Shown: piece after piece, positions 31,856 through 45,925 of the stretch
How the letters are laid out: the number at the start of each line of letters is the position of its first letter
Position numbering within the stretch: position 1 is the first letter of the stretch
Source of the DNA: Eledone cirrhosa
Lineage: Eukaryota
Assembly (NCBI GenBank): GCA_964016885.1
Contig: OZ024757.1
Span: 25,668,001-25,732,000, forward strand
Length of the DNA stretch: 64,000 nucleotides
Direction: 5' to 3'
Position numbers and translations under genes: made by a program
The notes under the pieces: generated by a model
What the model saw: the letters and a program-made list of their open reading frames with translations, nothing else
Databases searched by the model: none
Told to the model about the DNA's origin: nothing

Positions 31856-32537
31856 TGGACTCAAAACGTAAAAGTTGAATAAAGTTTCTTCGAAGATCGA
31901 GTTGAAGCGCGATGTATTAAAATTAATAGAATAAAGAGAAAAACTCAACGCAAGAATAGCTGTTAAAACAGTAAAATGATGTGTGTGTAATTTCGTCTCG
32001 TTCATTTGCTCCTTTCTTGCTGTAACTTCTGTGGACCAACACACTTCTAGCCGCTGAATTCTGTCCTTTAATGTAAATTTTATACGACGCAGTCATTGAC
32101 GGTATTTTGCTGTTTTAACAGGGAGTCTAGCCGACTGGGGTGATAAGCACAAACTATTTCAGTCATTTTCTTTAGGCCAGCAGAGCTCACCCCACAGGCA
32201 TACAGATCCTCAGTACCATTAGACTTGGTGCGGTCTCATGAAAGAAGGTACATAAACTACGAAGAACTAAAGGAGGTCGTGTAATGGTCCAAAATTGTTG
32301 TGCACATTGCTTTCCAAGCCAGATATGCCCTTCTTTACCCCTTCCCTATTTGTAATGTTATTTATACAATTGTAAATAAACCTTATATATTCTTTTAAAA
32401 AAAATTGACGTGGTGTGTCGTAGATTTGTCGTTAGATCCATGTCACAACTGGGTGGCATTAAACCTCAAACCTTGGATATATATATGTATATACACAAGT
32501 ATTTATATATGTATATATATATATGTGTATGTATATA

Positions 32538-32610
<73 letters not shown>

Positions 32611-32941
32611 ATATATATATAAATGTATGTGTATATATATATACACATGTGTATGTATGTATATATATATGTGTGTATATATATATGTATATATATGTAT
32701 GTGTGTGTATGTATGTATATATATATATGTGTGTATGTATATATATATGTATACATATGTGTGTATGTTTATATATATATGTGTGTAATGAATTAAGAGT
32801 GAATAACTAATTTAGACTTATAGCATTGAGCTTCTATAATCTTTATCAGGGCATAAATTGGTAAACTCCAATATACCCTAACATGTGTGTGTGTGTATGT
32901 ACTTATAGGTAGATAAATATATATATACATGAATACACCCA

Positions 32942-33009
<68 letters not shown>

Positions 33010-33015
<6 letters not shown>

Positions 33016-33109
33016 CAGGAAAGAAGGTTGACATGGTTTGCTATACAAAAAAGGTTTTTAAAAACCTTTTTTGTATAGCAAACCATGTCAACCTTCTTTC
33101 CTGATTTAT
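33010..33109. repeat. Perfect 100-bp palindrome without a loop
   Basis: ataaatcaggaaagaaggttgacatgg...ggttttt|aaaaacc...cctgatttat. Confidence 0.9.
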
Positions 33110-33276
33110 TATTACTCCAAGTGTTTACAACATAGGAATTACAGCATACCCGCAGCATCACTATGAAAACGCCTTGTTGAGTCAAACCAAGCCAAGCGTT
33201 GATATCATCCAGTACACGGAATACCATAACTGGACTACACCTAAGTGGACTGCATTTAACTATTATTTGTTACCCC

Positions 33277-33328
<52 letters not shown>

Positions 33329-33395
33329 CTGATTGTGTTGTTATTTCTGTTTACCCTTTACATACATGCATATATATATATATATATATAATATA

Positions 33396-33473
33396 CAGGG
33401 TCTCCCAAAAATTGTATACACACTATGATTAGAATGCTATGTAAGTGTGTATACATTTTTGGGAGACACCCTA
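33396..33473. mobile_element. Tc1/mariner-type MITE
   Basis: TA|CAGGGTCTCCCAAAAATTGTATACACACT ... AGTGTGTATACATTTTTGGGAGACACCCT in a TA context. Confidence 0.7.
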
Positions 33474-34231
33474 TATATATATATATATTACGTGTATCCA
33501 AAGATGTCAGAAGCTACAAGCTCATGGCCCCTTCCCAATGTCTTTCCCCTAGAGTTTTCCATTCAGTTTTCATCGGAGTTATTTTGATAGTGAAGTAATA
33601 TCGATTTTACTTCCCCTGTCACCGTACAACATAATCCCCGCCGTCTTCTTCATTGATTGCACTACTTCTCTCTCACCACCCTCTCTCTCACCATCCTCTC
33701 TCTCTCACCACCACTCTCTCTCACCACCTCTCTCACCACCACTCTCTCTCACCACTCTCTCTCTCACCACCTTCTCTCTCACACCACACTCTCTCTCTCT
33801 CACCACCACTCTCTCTCACCACTCTCTCTCTCTCTCACCACCACTCTCTCTCTCTCTCACCACCTTCTCTCTCACCACCACACTCTCTCTCTCACCACCC
33901 TCACGCCACTCTCTCTCTCTCTCACCACCTTCTCTCTCACTACAACATACCCTACAAAGGTACCTTCTTTTTCTCCTGCCTCTTCTTTTTCTTCTTTTTC
34001 TTCTTTTTCTTCTTCTTCTTCTTTGCCTTCTATTTCTTTTCTTTTTCTTTTTCTTCTTCTCCGTCTTCTCCCTCTCCACCTCCACCACCATCACTAAGTT
34101 CTCTCCTCCTCTTCCCCTTCCTCCTCCACAAAACCACCACCACCACCACCACCATGTTCTCTCTCTATTCACGTATTCCAGCACGTGTTGGAAACATTGA
34201 TTGTTGTGTCTACATTCCGGGAACACAGACA

Positions 34232-35265
34232 GGAGCTGTGTGTGATGTGAGAGAGAGAGAGAGAGCTGTGTGTGATGAGAGAGAGAGCTGTGTGTGATGT
34301 GAGAGAGAGAGCTGTGTGTGATGTGAGAGAGAGAGAGAGCTGTGTGTGATGTGAGAGAGAGAGAGAGAGCTGTGTGTGATGTGAGAGAGAGAGCGCTGTG
34401 TGTGATGAGAGAGAGAGAGAGAGCTGTATGTGATGTGAGAGAGAGCTGTGTGTGATGTGGGAGAGAGAGAGCTGTGTGTGATGTGAGAGAGAGAGAGAGA
34501 GAGCTGTGTGTGATGTGAGAGAGAGCTGTGTGTGATGTGGGAGAGAGAGAGCTGTGTGTGATGTGTGAGAGAGAGAGAGAGCTGTGTGGGATGTGAGAGA
34601 GAGAGAGAGAGCTGTGTGTGATGTTAGAGCGAGAGAGCTGTGTGTGATGTGAGAGAGAGAGAGAGAGCTGTGTGTGATGTGAGAGAGAGAGAGCTGTGTG
34701 TGATGTGAGAGAGAGAGCTGTGTGTGATGTGAGAGAGAGAGAGCTGTGTGTGATGTGAGAGAGAGAGCTGTGTGTGATGTTAGAGCGAGAGAGCTGTGTG
34801 TGATGTGAGAGAGAGAGAGCTGTGTGTGATGTGAGAGAGAGAGAGAGAGAGAGAGAGAGCTGTGTGTGATGTGAGAGAGCGAGCTGTGTGTGATGTGAGA
34901 GAGAGAGCTGTGTGTGATGTGAGAGAGAGAGCTGTGTGTGATGTTAGAGCGAGAGAGCTGTGTGTGATGTGAGAGAGAGAGAGCTGTGTGTGATGTGAGA
35001 GAGAGAGAGCTGTGTGTGATGTGAGAGAGAGAGCCGTGTGTGATGTGAGAGAGAGAGCTGTCGGTGATGTGAGTGAGAGAGAGAACTGTGTGTGATGTGA
35101 GAGAGAGAGAGAGCTGTGTGTGATGTGAGAGAGAGAGAGAGCTGTGTGTGATGTGAGAGAGAGAGAGAGCTGTGTGTGATGAGAGAGAGAGAGAGAGCTG
35201 TGTGTGATGAGAGAGAGAGAGAGAGCTGTGTGTGATGAGAGAGAGAGAGAGAGAGTTGTGTGTGA

Positions 35266-35299
<34 letters not shown>

Positions 35300-35520
35300 G
35301 TGTGTGATGTGAGAGAGAGAGAGAGAGAGAGAGCTGTTTGTGATGTGAGAGAGAGAGTGAGCTGTGTGTGATGTGAGAGAGAGAGAGAGAGAGATGTGTG
35401 TGATGTGAGAGAGAGACCTGTGTGTGTGATGTGAGAGAGAGAGCTGTGTGTGATGTGAGAGAGAGAGCTGTGTGTGTGATGTGAGAGAGAGAGCTGTGTG
35501 TGATGTGGGAGAGAGAGAGA
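34232..35520. repeat. Minisatellite GCTGTGTGTGATGT(GA)n
   Basis: Directly visible. Confidence 0.9.
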
Positions 35521-36164
35521 TATATAGATAGTTAGAGAGAGAGAGAGAGAGTGAGCTGTGCATGATGTTTGTGTGCTTGTGTCTGTGAGTTAGTGTCTCT
35601 GCTGTGTGTGAGAGCTGTGTGTATGGGAACTGTGTGTGTACGTGTGTGAGCAATGTGTATGTGAATTGTGTGACCTATGTGTGTATATGAGCTGTGTGTG
35701 TGTGTCGGTGAACAGTGTGTGTGTGTGAGCTATGTGTGTGTCTGAGCTGTCAGTCATGTATGTGTGTGATGAGTGAGTGTGTGTGTGTGTCTGAGCTGTC
35801 AGTGATGTGTGTGATGAGTGAGTGTGTGTGTGTCTGAGCTGACAGTGATGTATGTGTGTGATGAGTGTGTGTGTGTGTGTCTGAGCTGTCAGTGATGTAT
35901 GTGTTTGATGTGTGTGTGTGTCTGAGCTGTCAGTGATGTATGTGTTTGATGTGTGTGTGTGTACGGATATATGTGTCTATACATATGCGGTAGTCTGTAT
36001 GTTTACGTGTGCGTGTGTGTGTGTGTGTGTGTCGTTAGAGTTCACCTTGCCATTGAGATCCAGACGTTGGTTCAGATTACAGGAAAGTGTGTGTATGTAT
36101 GTATATCTGTGTATATATGTGCTTGCGCGTATCAACGTGTGTATGTATAAGTAGTGTGCATGTA

Positions 36165-36222
<58 letters not shown>

Positions 36223-36396
36223 AACCAGTAAGACCTCGACGGCTGAGCTCAAGCCGTTTCGACGGCTAATTCTCGGAAACGGCTTGAGCTCAGCCGTCGG
36301 GGTCTTACTGGTTCCTATTACCCACTCTACTACCCTAAGTATTGAGTACTTTGGTGCGTTATGGTCCACCTGGTTCCTTACCACATTTCCTTCGTT

Positions 36397-36468
<72 letters not shown>

Positions 36469-36720
36469 TAGGAAAAAGTATGACCTCGATGGCAGAGCTC
36501 AAGCCGTTTCGACGGCTATTTCTTTCTAGTCCAGAAATAGCCGTCGAAGCGGCTTGAGCTCTGCCGTCGGGGTCATACTTTTTCCTATATATATATATAT
36601 ATATAGTGAAAAGTTGGACGGGAACAAAAACAGAGAGGCAGACAAATAAAGGTTTATTAGGTTCACGCTCTTGAGAGTGTGGGGGGGGGGGGGGGCGTGA
36701 ATCTCCTAACTATATATATA

Positions 36721-37245
36721 GTTGTTATATAGTAAGGTGTATTATTGGTTGTGTCATACGGTCCAATAAACTTTTGTTAGCAATATTAAGTTCTCCACGC
36801 TTTTGTATATCTCCAATTCCATTTATGGGAACAGCTAGATGATGTAAAACGGAATATTTATATCGAAATAAAGATCCGAAGGCTTGGTATAAATTTCCAA
36901 TCATTTTAATCACGACACATGTTTCAATAAGAGATAGATCGATCGTGCGGCCATGATCGATTATCACTGATCTCGTCAGGTGAAAATGAATTGTCTTCAA
37001 ATCCTTGACATGAAGGAGGAAATTTAACGATGTTCACTCACTATATGGGGGGACAAAACTCTAGTGAGTGAACATCGTTAAATTTCCTCCTTCATGTCAA
37101 GGATTTGAAGACAATTCATTTTCACCTGACGAGATCAGTGATAATCGATCATGGCCGCACGATCGATCTATCTCTTATTGAAACATGTGTCGTGATTAAA
37201 ATGATTGGAAATTTATACCATGCCTTCGGATCTTTATTTTGATAT
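36721..37245. mobile_element. Fold-back element (family E) with HHR at 37122-37195 (+) and its mirror
   Basis: Arms ~36859-37043 and 37062-37245 with an 18-nt spacer. HHR: TCAC-CTGACGA-gat..ATCGATC..GATCGAT..att-GAAAC-atgt-GTC-GTGA. Confidence 0.8.
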
Positions 37246-37333
37246 ATATATACAGTAAAAGAATGAAGAATAACGTGTTCGGATCTAGCTGTCGAAACGG
37301 CTGAAGCTCAGCCGTCGGGGTCCTGACTCTTTT

Positions 37334-37420
<87 letters not shown>

Positions 37421-37425
<5 letters not shown>

Positions 37426-37550
37426 AGTCATAAACAACATAAAATAATTATTTCATTTACCAGTGGTTTCTTGAAGACATATATGTATGTCTGTCTCAAG
37501 AAACCACTGGTAAATGAAATAATTTATCTTATGTTGTTTATTACATAACT
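37421..37550. repeat. Fold-back inverted repeat abutting (TA)n, with a third arm copy at ~37666-37720
   Basis: ttatttcatttaccagtggtttcttga ... tcaagaaaccactggtaaatgaaataa. Confidence 0.75.
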
Positions 37551-37613
37551 ACAAAGCTCTGTACCCTACATAGAGCACTCTCTTTTCCTTTACCTTTCCT
37601 ACGGAAATACTTC

Positions 37614-37653
<40 letters not shown>

Positions 37654-37738
37654 ATATATATATTTAGTTATGTAATAAATAACATAAGATAATTATTTCA
37701 TTTACCAGTGGCTTCTTGAAAGCAAACAAATCTGCTTT

Positions 37739-37965
<227 letters not shown>

Positions 37966-38054
37966 TGTATGTATATATTGGAAAATGTGTGAAATCTTTT
38001 GTACAGTTAGGTATATTTGGCAAAAGGAAAAGAATGACTTTAAACAATTAAACA

Positions 38055-38120
<66 letters not shown>

Positions 38121-38213
38121 ACTAATATATTTTTTGATGTACTGTGTCGTTTGCTTTGTTATTTCTGTTTACTTTTTACATACATGTCAGTCATTTTTTA
38201 AGTGGTCATAGCC

Positions 38214-38259
<46 letters not shown>

Positions 38260-38416
38260 ATATGTATGTACAGGTGTATATATATGTATGGATGTAAGTA
38301 TGTGAGTGTGGATATATGTGTGTGTGTGTGTGTGTGTGTGAACGAGGACGTATGTGTACATGAATCTACACGTGTATGTATGTATGTATATGAGTGTGGA
38401 TGTGTGTCTATGTGTA

Positions 38417-38461
<45 letters not shown>

Positions 38462-38632
38462 ATGTCGCGAGCAGACACAGGCATTCTCTCAGCCGTATCA
38501 CCTTTGATCTGGCGGAACATCCAGGATGTGACAGCATGAAGAGGAGAGAGGGTGGGACTGGGTGGGACCTGCACTTACAAGGCAGACACCCGGAACAAAT
38601 ATACCACGCTCTAACTACTCTAATCGACCGCC

Positions 38633-38707
<75 letters not shown>

Positions 38708-38716
38708 ACATATATA

Positions 38717-38777
<61 letters not shown>

Positions 38778-38832
38778 CATATATATATTTATATATATAT
38801 ATATATATATATAACATATATATTTATATATA

Positions 38833-39753
38833 TGAATATAGACATAGAATATTCGAAAATATTCTGTATGTTTATAATAAACATTTTGAAGACCTAATCG
38901 CTATAGAATAGAATACGTCACGTATTACAATTAGATTCTCGACAAAAGCAAGGGAAGTAAATCTACGCGTTTCATTCTTATTAGAAATCGTCAGGACTAC
39001 ATATCCAGTGCTTCTATCGAGAATGACACAGCTAGAGACTTATAGAATACTTAGCTGTGTACAGGAACTGGTTTGAAAGAGCGGTTGCCGGTCCGGCAGA
39101 AATTAGAAATTGGAATAAATGCTCTGAAATAGCGATATATATGTGAATATAGACATAGAATATTCGAAAATATTCTGTATGTTTATAATAAACATTTTGA
39201 AGACCTAATCGCTATAGAATAGAATACGTCACGTATTACAATTAGATTCTCGACAAAAGCAAGGGAAGTAAATCTACGCGTTTCATTCTTATTAGAAATC
39301 GTCAGGACTACATATCCAGTGCTTCTATCGAGAATGACACAGCTAGAGACTTATAGAATACTTAGCTGTGTACAGGAACTGGTTTGAAAGAGCGGTTGCC
39401 GGTCCGGCAGAAATTAGAAATTGGAATAAATGCTCTGAAATAGCGATATATATGTGAATATAGACATAGAATATTCGAAAATATTCTGTATGTTTATAAT
39501 AAACATTTTGAAGACCTAATCGCTATAGAATAGAATACGTCACGTATTACAATTAGATTCTCGACAAAAGCAAGGGAAGTAAATCTACGCGTTTCATTCT
39601 TATTAGAAATCGTCAGGACTACATATCCAGTGCTTCTATCGAGAATGACACAGCTAGAGACTTATAGAATACTTAGCTGTGTACAGGAACTGGTTTGAAA
39701 GAGCGGTTGCCGGTCCGGCAGAAATTAGAAATTGGAATAAATGCTCTGAAATA
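38833..39753 (-). repeat. 311-bp HHR-containing tandem repeat, inverted block (~2.96 monomers)
   Basis: gaatatagac at 38834, 39145 and 39456. Reverse complement of the downstream monomer. Confidence 0.95.
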
Positions 39754-42700
39754 TAATTTCTGCCGGACCGGCAACCGCTCTTTCAAACCAGTTCCTGTAC
39801 ACAGCTAAGTATTCTATAAGTCTCTAGCTGTGTCATTCTCGATAGAAGCACTGGATATGTAGTCCTGACGATTTCTAATAAGAATGAAACGCGTAGATTT
39901 ACTTCCCTTGCTTTTGTCGAGAATCTAATTGTAATACGTGACGTATTCTATTCTATAGCGATTAGGTCTTCAAAATGTTTATTATAAACATACAGAATAT
40001 TTTCGAATATTCTATGTCTATATTCACATATATATCGCTATTTCAGAGCATTTATTCCAATTTCTAATTTCTGCCGGACCGGCAACCGCTCTTTCAAACC
40101 AGTTCCTGTACACAGCTAAGTATTCTATAAGTCTCTAGCTGTGTCATTCTCGATAGAAGCACTGGATATGTAGTCCTGACGATTTCTAATAAGAATGAAA
40201 CGCGTAGATTTACTTCCCTTGCTTTTGTCGAGAATCTAATTGTAATACGTGACGTATTCTATTCTATAGCGATTAGGTCTTCAAAATGTTTATTATAAAC
40301 ATACAGAATATTTTCGAATATTCTATGTCTATATTCACATATATATCGCTATTTCAGAGCATTTATTCCAATTTCTAATTTCTGCCGGACCGGCAACCGC
40401 TCTTTCAAACCAGTTCCTGTACACAGCTAAGTATTCTATAAGTCTCTAGCTGTGTCATTCTCGATAGAAGCACTGGATATGTAGTCCTGACGATTTCTAA
40501 TAAGAATGAAACGCGTAGATTTACTTCCCTTGCTTTTGTCGAGAATCTAATTGTAATACGTGACGTATTCTATTCTATAGCGATTAGGTCTTCAAAATGT
40601 TTATTATAAACATACAGAATATTTTCGAATATTCTATGTCTATATTCACATATATATCGCTATTTCAGAGCATTTATTCCAATTTCTAATTTCTGCCGGA
40701 CCGGCAACCGCTCTTTCAAACCAGTTCCTGTACACAGCTAAGTATTCTATAAGTCTCTAGCTGTGTCATTCTCGATAGAAGCACTGGATATGTAGTCCTG
40801 ACGATTTCTAATAAGAATGAAACGCGTAGATTTACTTCCCTTGCTTTTGTCGAGAATCTAATTGTAATACGTGACGTATTCTATTCTATAGCGATTAGGT
40901 CTTCAAAATGTTTATTATAAACATACAGAATATTTTCGAATATTCTATGTCTATATTCACATATATATCGCTATTTCAGAGCATTTATTCCAATTTCTAA
41001 TTTCTGCCGGACCGGCAACCGCTCTTTCAAACCAGTTCCTGTACACAGCTAAGTATTCTATAAGTCTCTAGCTGTGTCATTCTCGATAGAAGCACTGGAT
41101 ATGTAGTCCTGACGATTTCTAATAAGAATGAAACGCGTAGATTTACTTCCCTTGCTTTTGTCGAGAATCTAATTGTAATACGTGACGTATTCTATTCTAT
41201 AGCGATTAGGTCTTCAAAATGTTTATTATAAACATACAGAATATTTTCGAATATTCTATGTCTATATTCACATATATATCGCTATTTCAGAGCATTTATT
41301 CCAATTTCTAATTTCTGCCGGACCGGCAACCGCTCTTTCAAACCAGTTCCTGTACACAGCTAAGTATTCTATAAGTCTCTAGCTGTGTCATTCTCGATAG
41401 AAGCACTGGATATGTAGTCCTGACGATTTCTAATAAGAATGAAACGCGTAGATTTACTTCCCTTGCTTTTGTCGAGAATCTAATTTTAATACGTGACGTA
41501 TTCTATTCTATAGCGATTAGGTCTTCAAAATGTTTATTATAAACATACAGAATATTTTCGAATATTCTATGTCTATATTCACATATATATCGCTATTTCA
41601 GAGCATTTATTCCAATTTCTAATTTCTGCCGGACCGGCAACCGCTCTTTCAAACCAGTTCCTGTACACAGCTAAGTATTCTATAAGTCTCTAGCTGTGTC
41701 ATTCTCGATAGAAGCACTGGATATGTAGTCCTGACGATTTCTAATAAGAATGAAACGCGTAGATTTACTTCCCTTGCTTTTGTCGAGAATCTAATTGTAA
41801 TACGTGACGTATTCTATTCTATAGCGATTAGGTCTTCAAAATGTTTATTATAAACATACAGAATATTTTCGAATATTCTATGTCTATATTCACATATATA
41901 TCGCTATTTCAGAGCATTTATTCCAATTTCTAATTTCTGCCGGACCGGCAACCGCTCTTTCAAACCAGTTCCTGTACACAGCTAAGTATTCTATAAGTCT
42001 CTAGCTGTGTCATTCTCGATAGAAGCACTGGATATGTAGTCCTGACGATTTCTAATAAGAATGAAACGCGTAGATTTACTTCCCTTGCTTTTGTCGAGAA
42101 TCTAATTGTAATACGTGACGTATTCTATTCTATAGCGATTAGGTCTTCAAAATGTTTATTATAAACATACAGAATATTTTCGAATATTCTATGTCTATAT
42201 TCACATATATATCGCTATTTCAGAGCATTTATTCCAATTTCTAATTTCTGCCGGACCGGCAACCGCTCTTTCAAACCAGTTCCTGTACACAGCTAAGTAT
42301 TCTATAAGTCTCTAGCTGTGTCATTCTCGATAGAAGCACTGGATATGTAGTCCTGACGATTTCTAATAAGAATGAAACGCGTAGATTTACTTCCCTTGCT
42401 TTTGTCGAGAATCTAATTGTAATACGTGACGTATTCTATTCTATAGCGATTAGGTCTTCAAAATGTTTATTATAAACATACAGAATATTTTCGAATATTC
42501 TATGTCTATATTCACATATATATCGCTATTTCAGAGCATTTATTCCAATTTCTAATTTCTGCCGGACCGGCAACCGCTCTTTCAAACCAGTTCCTGTACA
42601 CAGCTAAGTATTCTATAAGTCTCTAGCTGTGTCATTCTCGATAGAAGCACTGGATATGTAGTCCTGACGATTTCTAATAAGAATGAAACGCGTAGATTTA

Positions 42701-45351
42701 CTTCCCTTGCTTTTGTCGAGAATCTAATTGTAATACGTGACGTATTCTATTCTATAGCGATTAGGTCTTCAAAATGTTTATTATAAACATACAGAATATT
42801 TTCGAATATTCTATGTCTATATTCACATATATATCGCTATTTCAGAGCATTTATTCCAATTTCTAATTTCTGCCGGACCGGCAACCGCTCTTTCAAACCA
42901 GTTCCTGTACACAGCTAAGTATTCTATAAGTCTCTAGCTGTGTCATTCTCGATAGAAGCACTGGATATGTAGTCCTGACGATTTCTAATAAGAATGAAAC
43001 GCGTAGATTTACTTCCCTTGCTTTTGTCGAGAATCTAATTGTAATACGTGACGTATTCTATTCTATAGCGATTAGGTCTTCAAAATGTTTATTATAAACA
43101 TACAGAATATTTTCGAATATTCTATGTCTATATTCACATATATATCGCTATTTCAGAGCATTTATTCCAATTTCTAATTTCTGCCGGACCGGCAACCGCT
43201 CTTTCAAACCAGTTCCTGTACACAGCTAAGTATTCTATAAGTCTCTAGCTGTGTCATTCTCGATAGAAGCACTGGATATGTAGTCCTGACGATTTCTAAT
43301 AAGAATGAAACGCGTAGATTTACTTCCCTTGCTTTTGTCGAGAATCTAATTGTAATACGTGACGTATTCTATTCTATAGCGATTAGGTCTTCAAAATGTT
43401 TATTATAAACATACAGAATATTTTCGAATATTCTATGTCTATATTCACATATATATCGCTATTTCAGAGCATTTATTCCAATTTCTAATTTCTGCCGGAC
43501 CGGCAACCGCTCTTTCAAACCAGTTCCTGTACACAGCTAAGTATTCTATAAGTCTCTAGCTGTGTCATTCTCGATAGAAGCACTGGATATGTAGTCCTGA
43601 CGATTTCTAATAAGAATGAAACGCGTAGATTTACTTCCCTTGCTTTTGTCGAGAATCTAATTGTAATACGTGACGTATTCTATTCTATAGCGATTAGGTC
43701 TTCAAAATGTTTATTATAAACATACAGAATATTTTCGAATATTCTATGTCTATATTCACATATATATCGCTATTTCAGAGCATTTATTCCAATTTCTAAT
43801 TTCTGCCGGACCGGCAACCGCTCTTTCAAACCAGTTCCTGTACACAGCTAAGTATTCTATAAGTCTCTAGCTGTGTCATTCTCGATAGAAGCACTGGATA
43901 TGTAGTCCTGACGATTTCTAATAAGAATGAAACGCGTAGATTTACTTCCCTTGCTTTTGTCGAGAATCTAATTGTAATACGTGACGTATTCTATTCTATA
44001 GCGATTAGGTCTTCAAAATGTTTATTATAAACATACAGAATATTTTCGAATATTCTATGTCTATATTCACATATATATCGCTATTTCAGAGCATTTATTC
44101 CAATTTCTAATTTCTGCCGGACCGGCAACCGCTCTTTCAAACCAGTTCCTGTACACAGCTAAGTATTCTATAAGTCTCTAGCTGTGTCATTCTCGATAGA
44201 AGCACTGGATATGTAGTCCTGACGATTTCTAATAAGAATGAAACGCGTAGATTTACTTCCCTTGCTTTTGTCGAGAATCTAATTGTAATACGTGACGTAT
44301 TCTATTCTATAGCGATTAGGTCTTCAAAATGTTTATTATAAACATACAGAATATTTTCGAATATTCTATGTCTATATTCACATATATATCGCTATTTCAG
44401 AGCATTTATTCCAATTTCTAATTTCTGCCGGACCGGCAACCGCTCTTTCAAACCAGTTCCTGTACACAGCTAAGTATTCTATAAGTCTCTAGCTGTGTCA
44501 TTCTCGATAGAAGCACTGGATATGTAGTCCTGACGATTTCTAATAAGAATGAAACGCGTAGATTTACTTCCCTTGCTTTTGTCGAGAATCTAATTGTAAT
44601 ACGTGACGTATTCTATTCTATAGCGATTAGGTCTTCAAAATGTTTATTATAAACATACAGAATATTTTCGAATATTCTATGTCTATATTCACATATATAT
44701 CGCTATTTCAGAGCATTTATTCCAATTTCTAATTTCTGCCGGACCGGCAACCGCTCTTTCAAACCAGTTCCTGTACACAGCTAAGTATTCTATAAGTCTC
44801 TAGCTGTGTCATTCTCGATAGAAGCACTGGATATGTAGTCCTGACGATTTCTAATAAGAATGAAACGCGTAGATTTACTTCCCTTGCTTTTGTCGAGAAT
44901 CTAATTGTAATACGTGACGTATTCTATTCTATAGCGATTAGGTCTTCAAAATGTTTATTATAAACATACAGAATATTTTCGAATATTCTATGTCTATATT
45001 CACATATATATCGCTATTTCAGAGCATTTATTCCAATTTCTAATTTCTGCCGGACCGGCAACCGCTCTTTCAAACCAGTTCCTGTACACAGCTAAGTATT
45101 CTATAAGTCTCTAGCTGTGTCATTCTCGATAGAAGCACTGGATATGTAGTCCTGACGATTTCTAATAAGAATGAAACGCGTAGATTTACTTCCCTTGCTT
45201 TTGTCGAGAATCTAATTGTAATACGTGACGTATTCTATTCTATAGCGATTAGGTCTTCAAAATGTTTATTATAAACATACAGAATATTTTCGAATATTCT
45301 ATGTCTATATTCACATATATATCGCTATTTCAGAGCATTTATTCCAATTTC
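39754..45351 (+). mobile_element. Retrozyme-like array: 18 x 311-bp monomers, each with a minimal hammerhead
   Basis: tgccggaccg at 39761, 40072 ... 42871 (period 311). I noticed only one substitution (~41486). Confidence 0.9.
39859..39902 (+). ncRNA. Minimal type-I hammerhead ribozyme of the first forward monomer (repeats every 311 nt), predicted cleavage after 39895
   Basis: gtAGTC-CTGACGA-tTTCT aata AGAAt-GAAA-CGCG-TA-GATTtac. Intact CUGANGA/GAAA core, GUA site and palindromic CGCG loop III. Confidence 0.9.
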
Positions 45352-45393
<42 letters not shown>

Positions 45394-45777
45394 CATATAT
45401 ATATTTATATATATATATATATATATATATAACATATATATATTTATATATATACATATATAAAACAGAGAACGAAGGACAAACACAGACAGAGATATGA
45501 ACTCTCCTCTCTAAATATGTATGTAAAAACTAATAATTTTTCTTCCCCTTTTTATTATTCGTATAAATATGCACATAACTACATTATGCATATCCCGCAG
45601 TTAAAAAAGCATATAATGCTGAAACCGGTACCATTATTAAATGCGGAAATATCCACTTTATAAATAAATGTTTTGATATTATACTGAAAGAATCACCATT
45701 ATCTACTGAAAACATCTTTTTCCTCTCTACTATTTGTTTTTATATATATATCAACTCGTGTTTTACTTTTCTACATT

Positions 45778-45925
<148 letters not shown>

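Noticed and set aside
38833-45351. CRISPR or rDNA interpretation of the 311-bp array (also the 49-, 79- and 112-bp arrays)
   Set aside because: No unique spacers, no cas genes and no recognisable rRNA or snRNA sequence. The context is eukaryotic.
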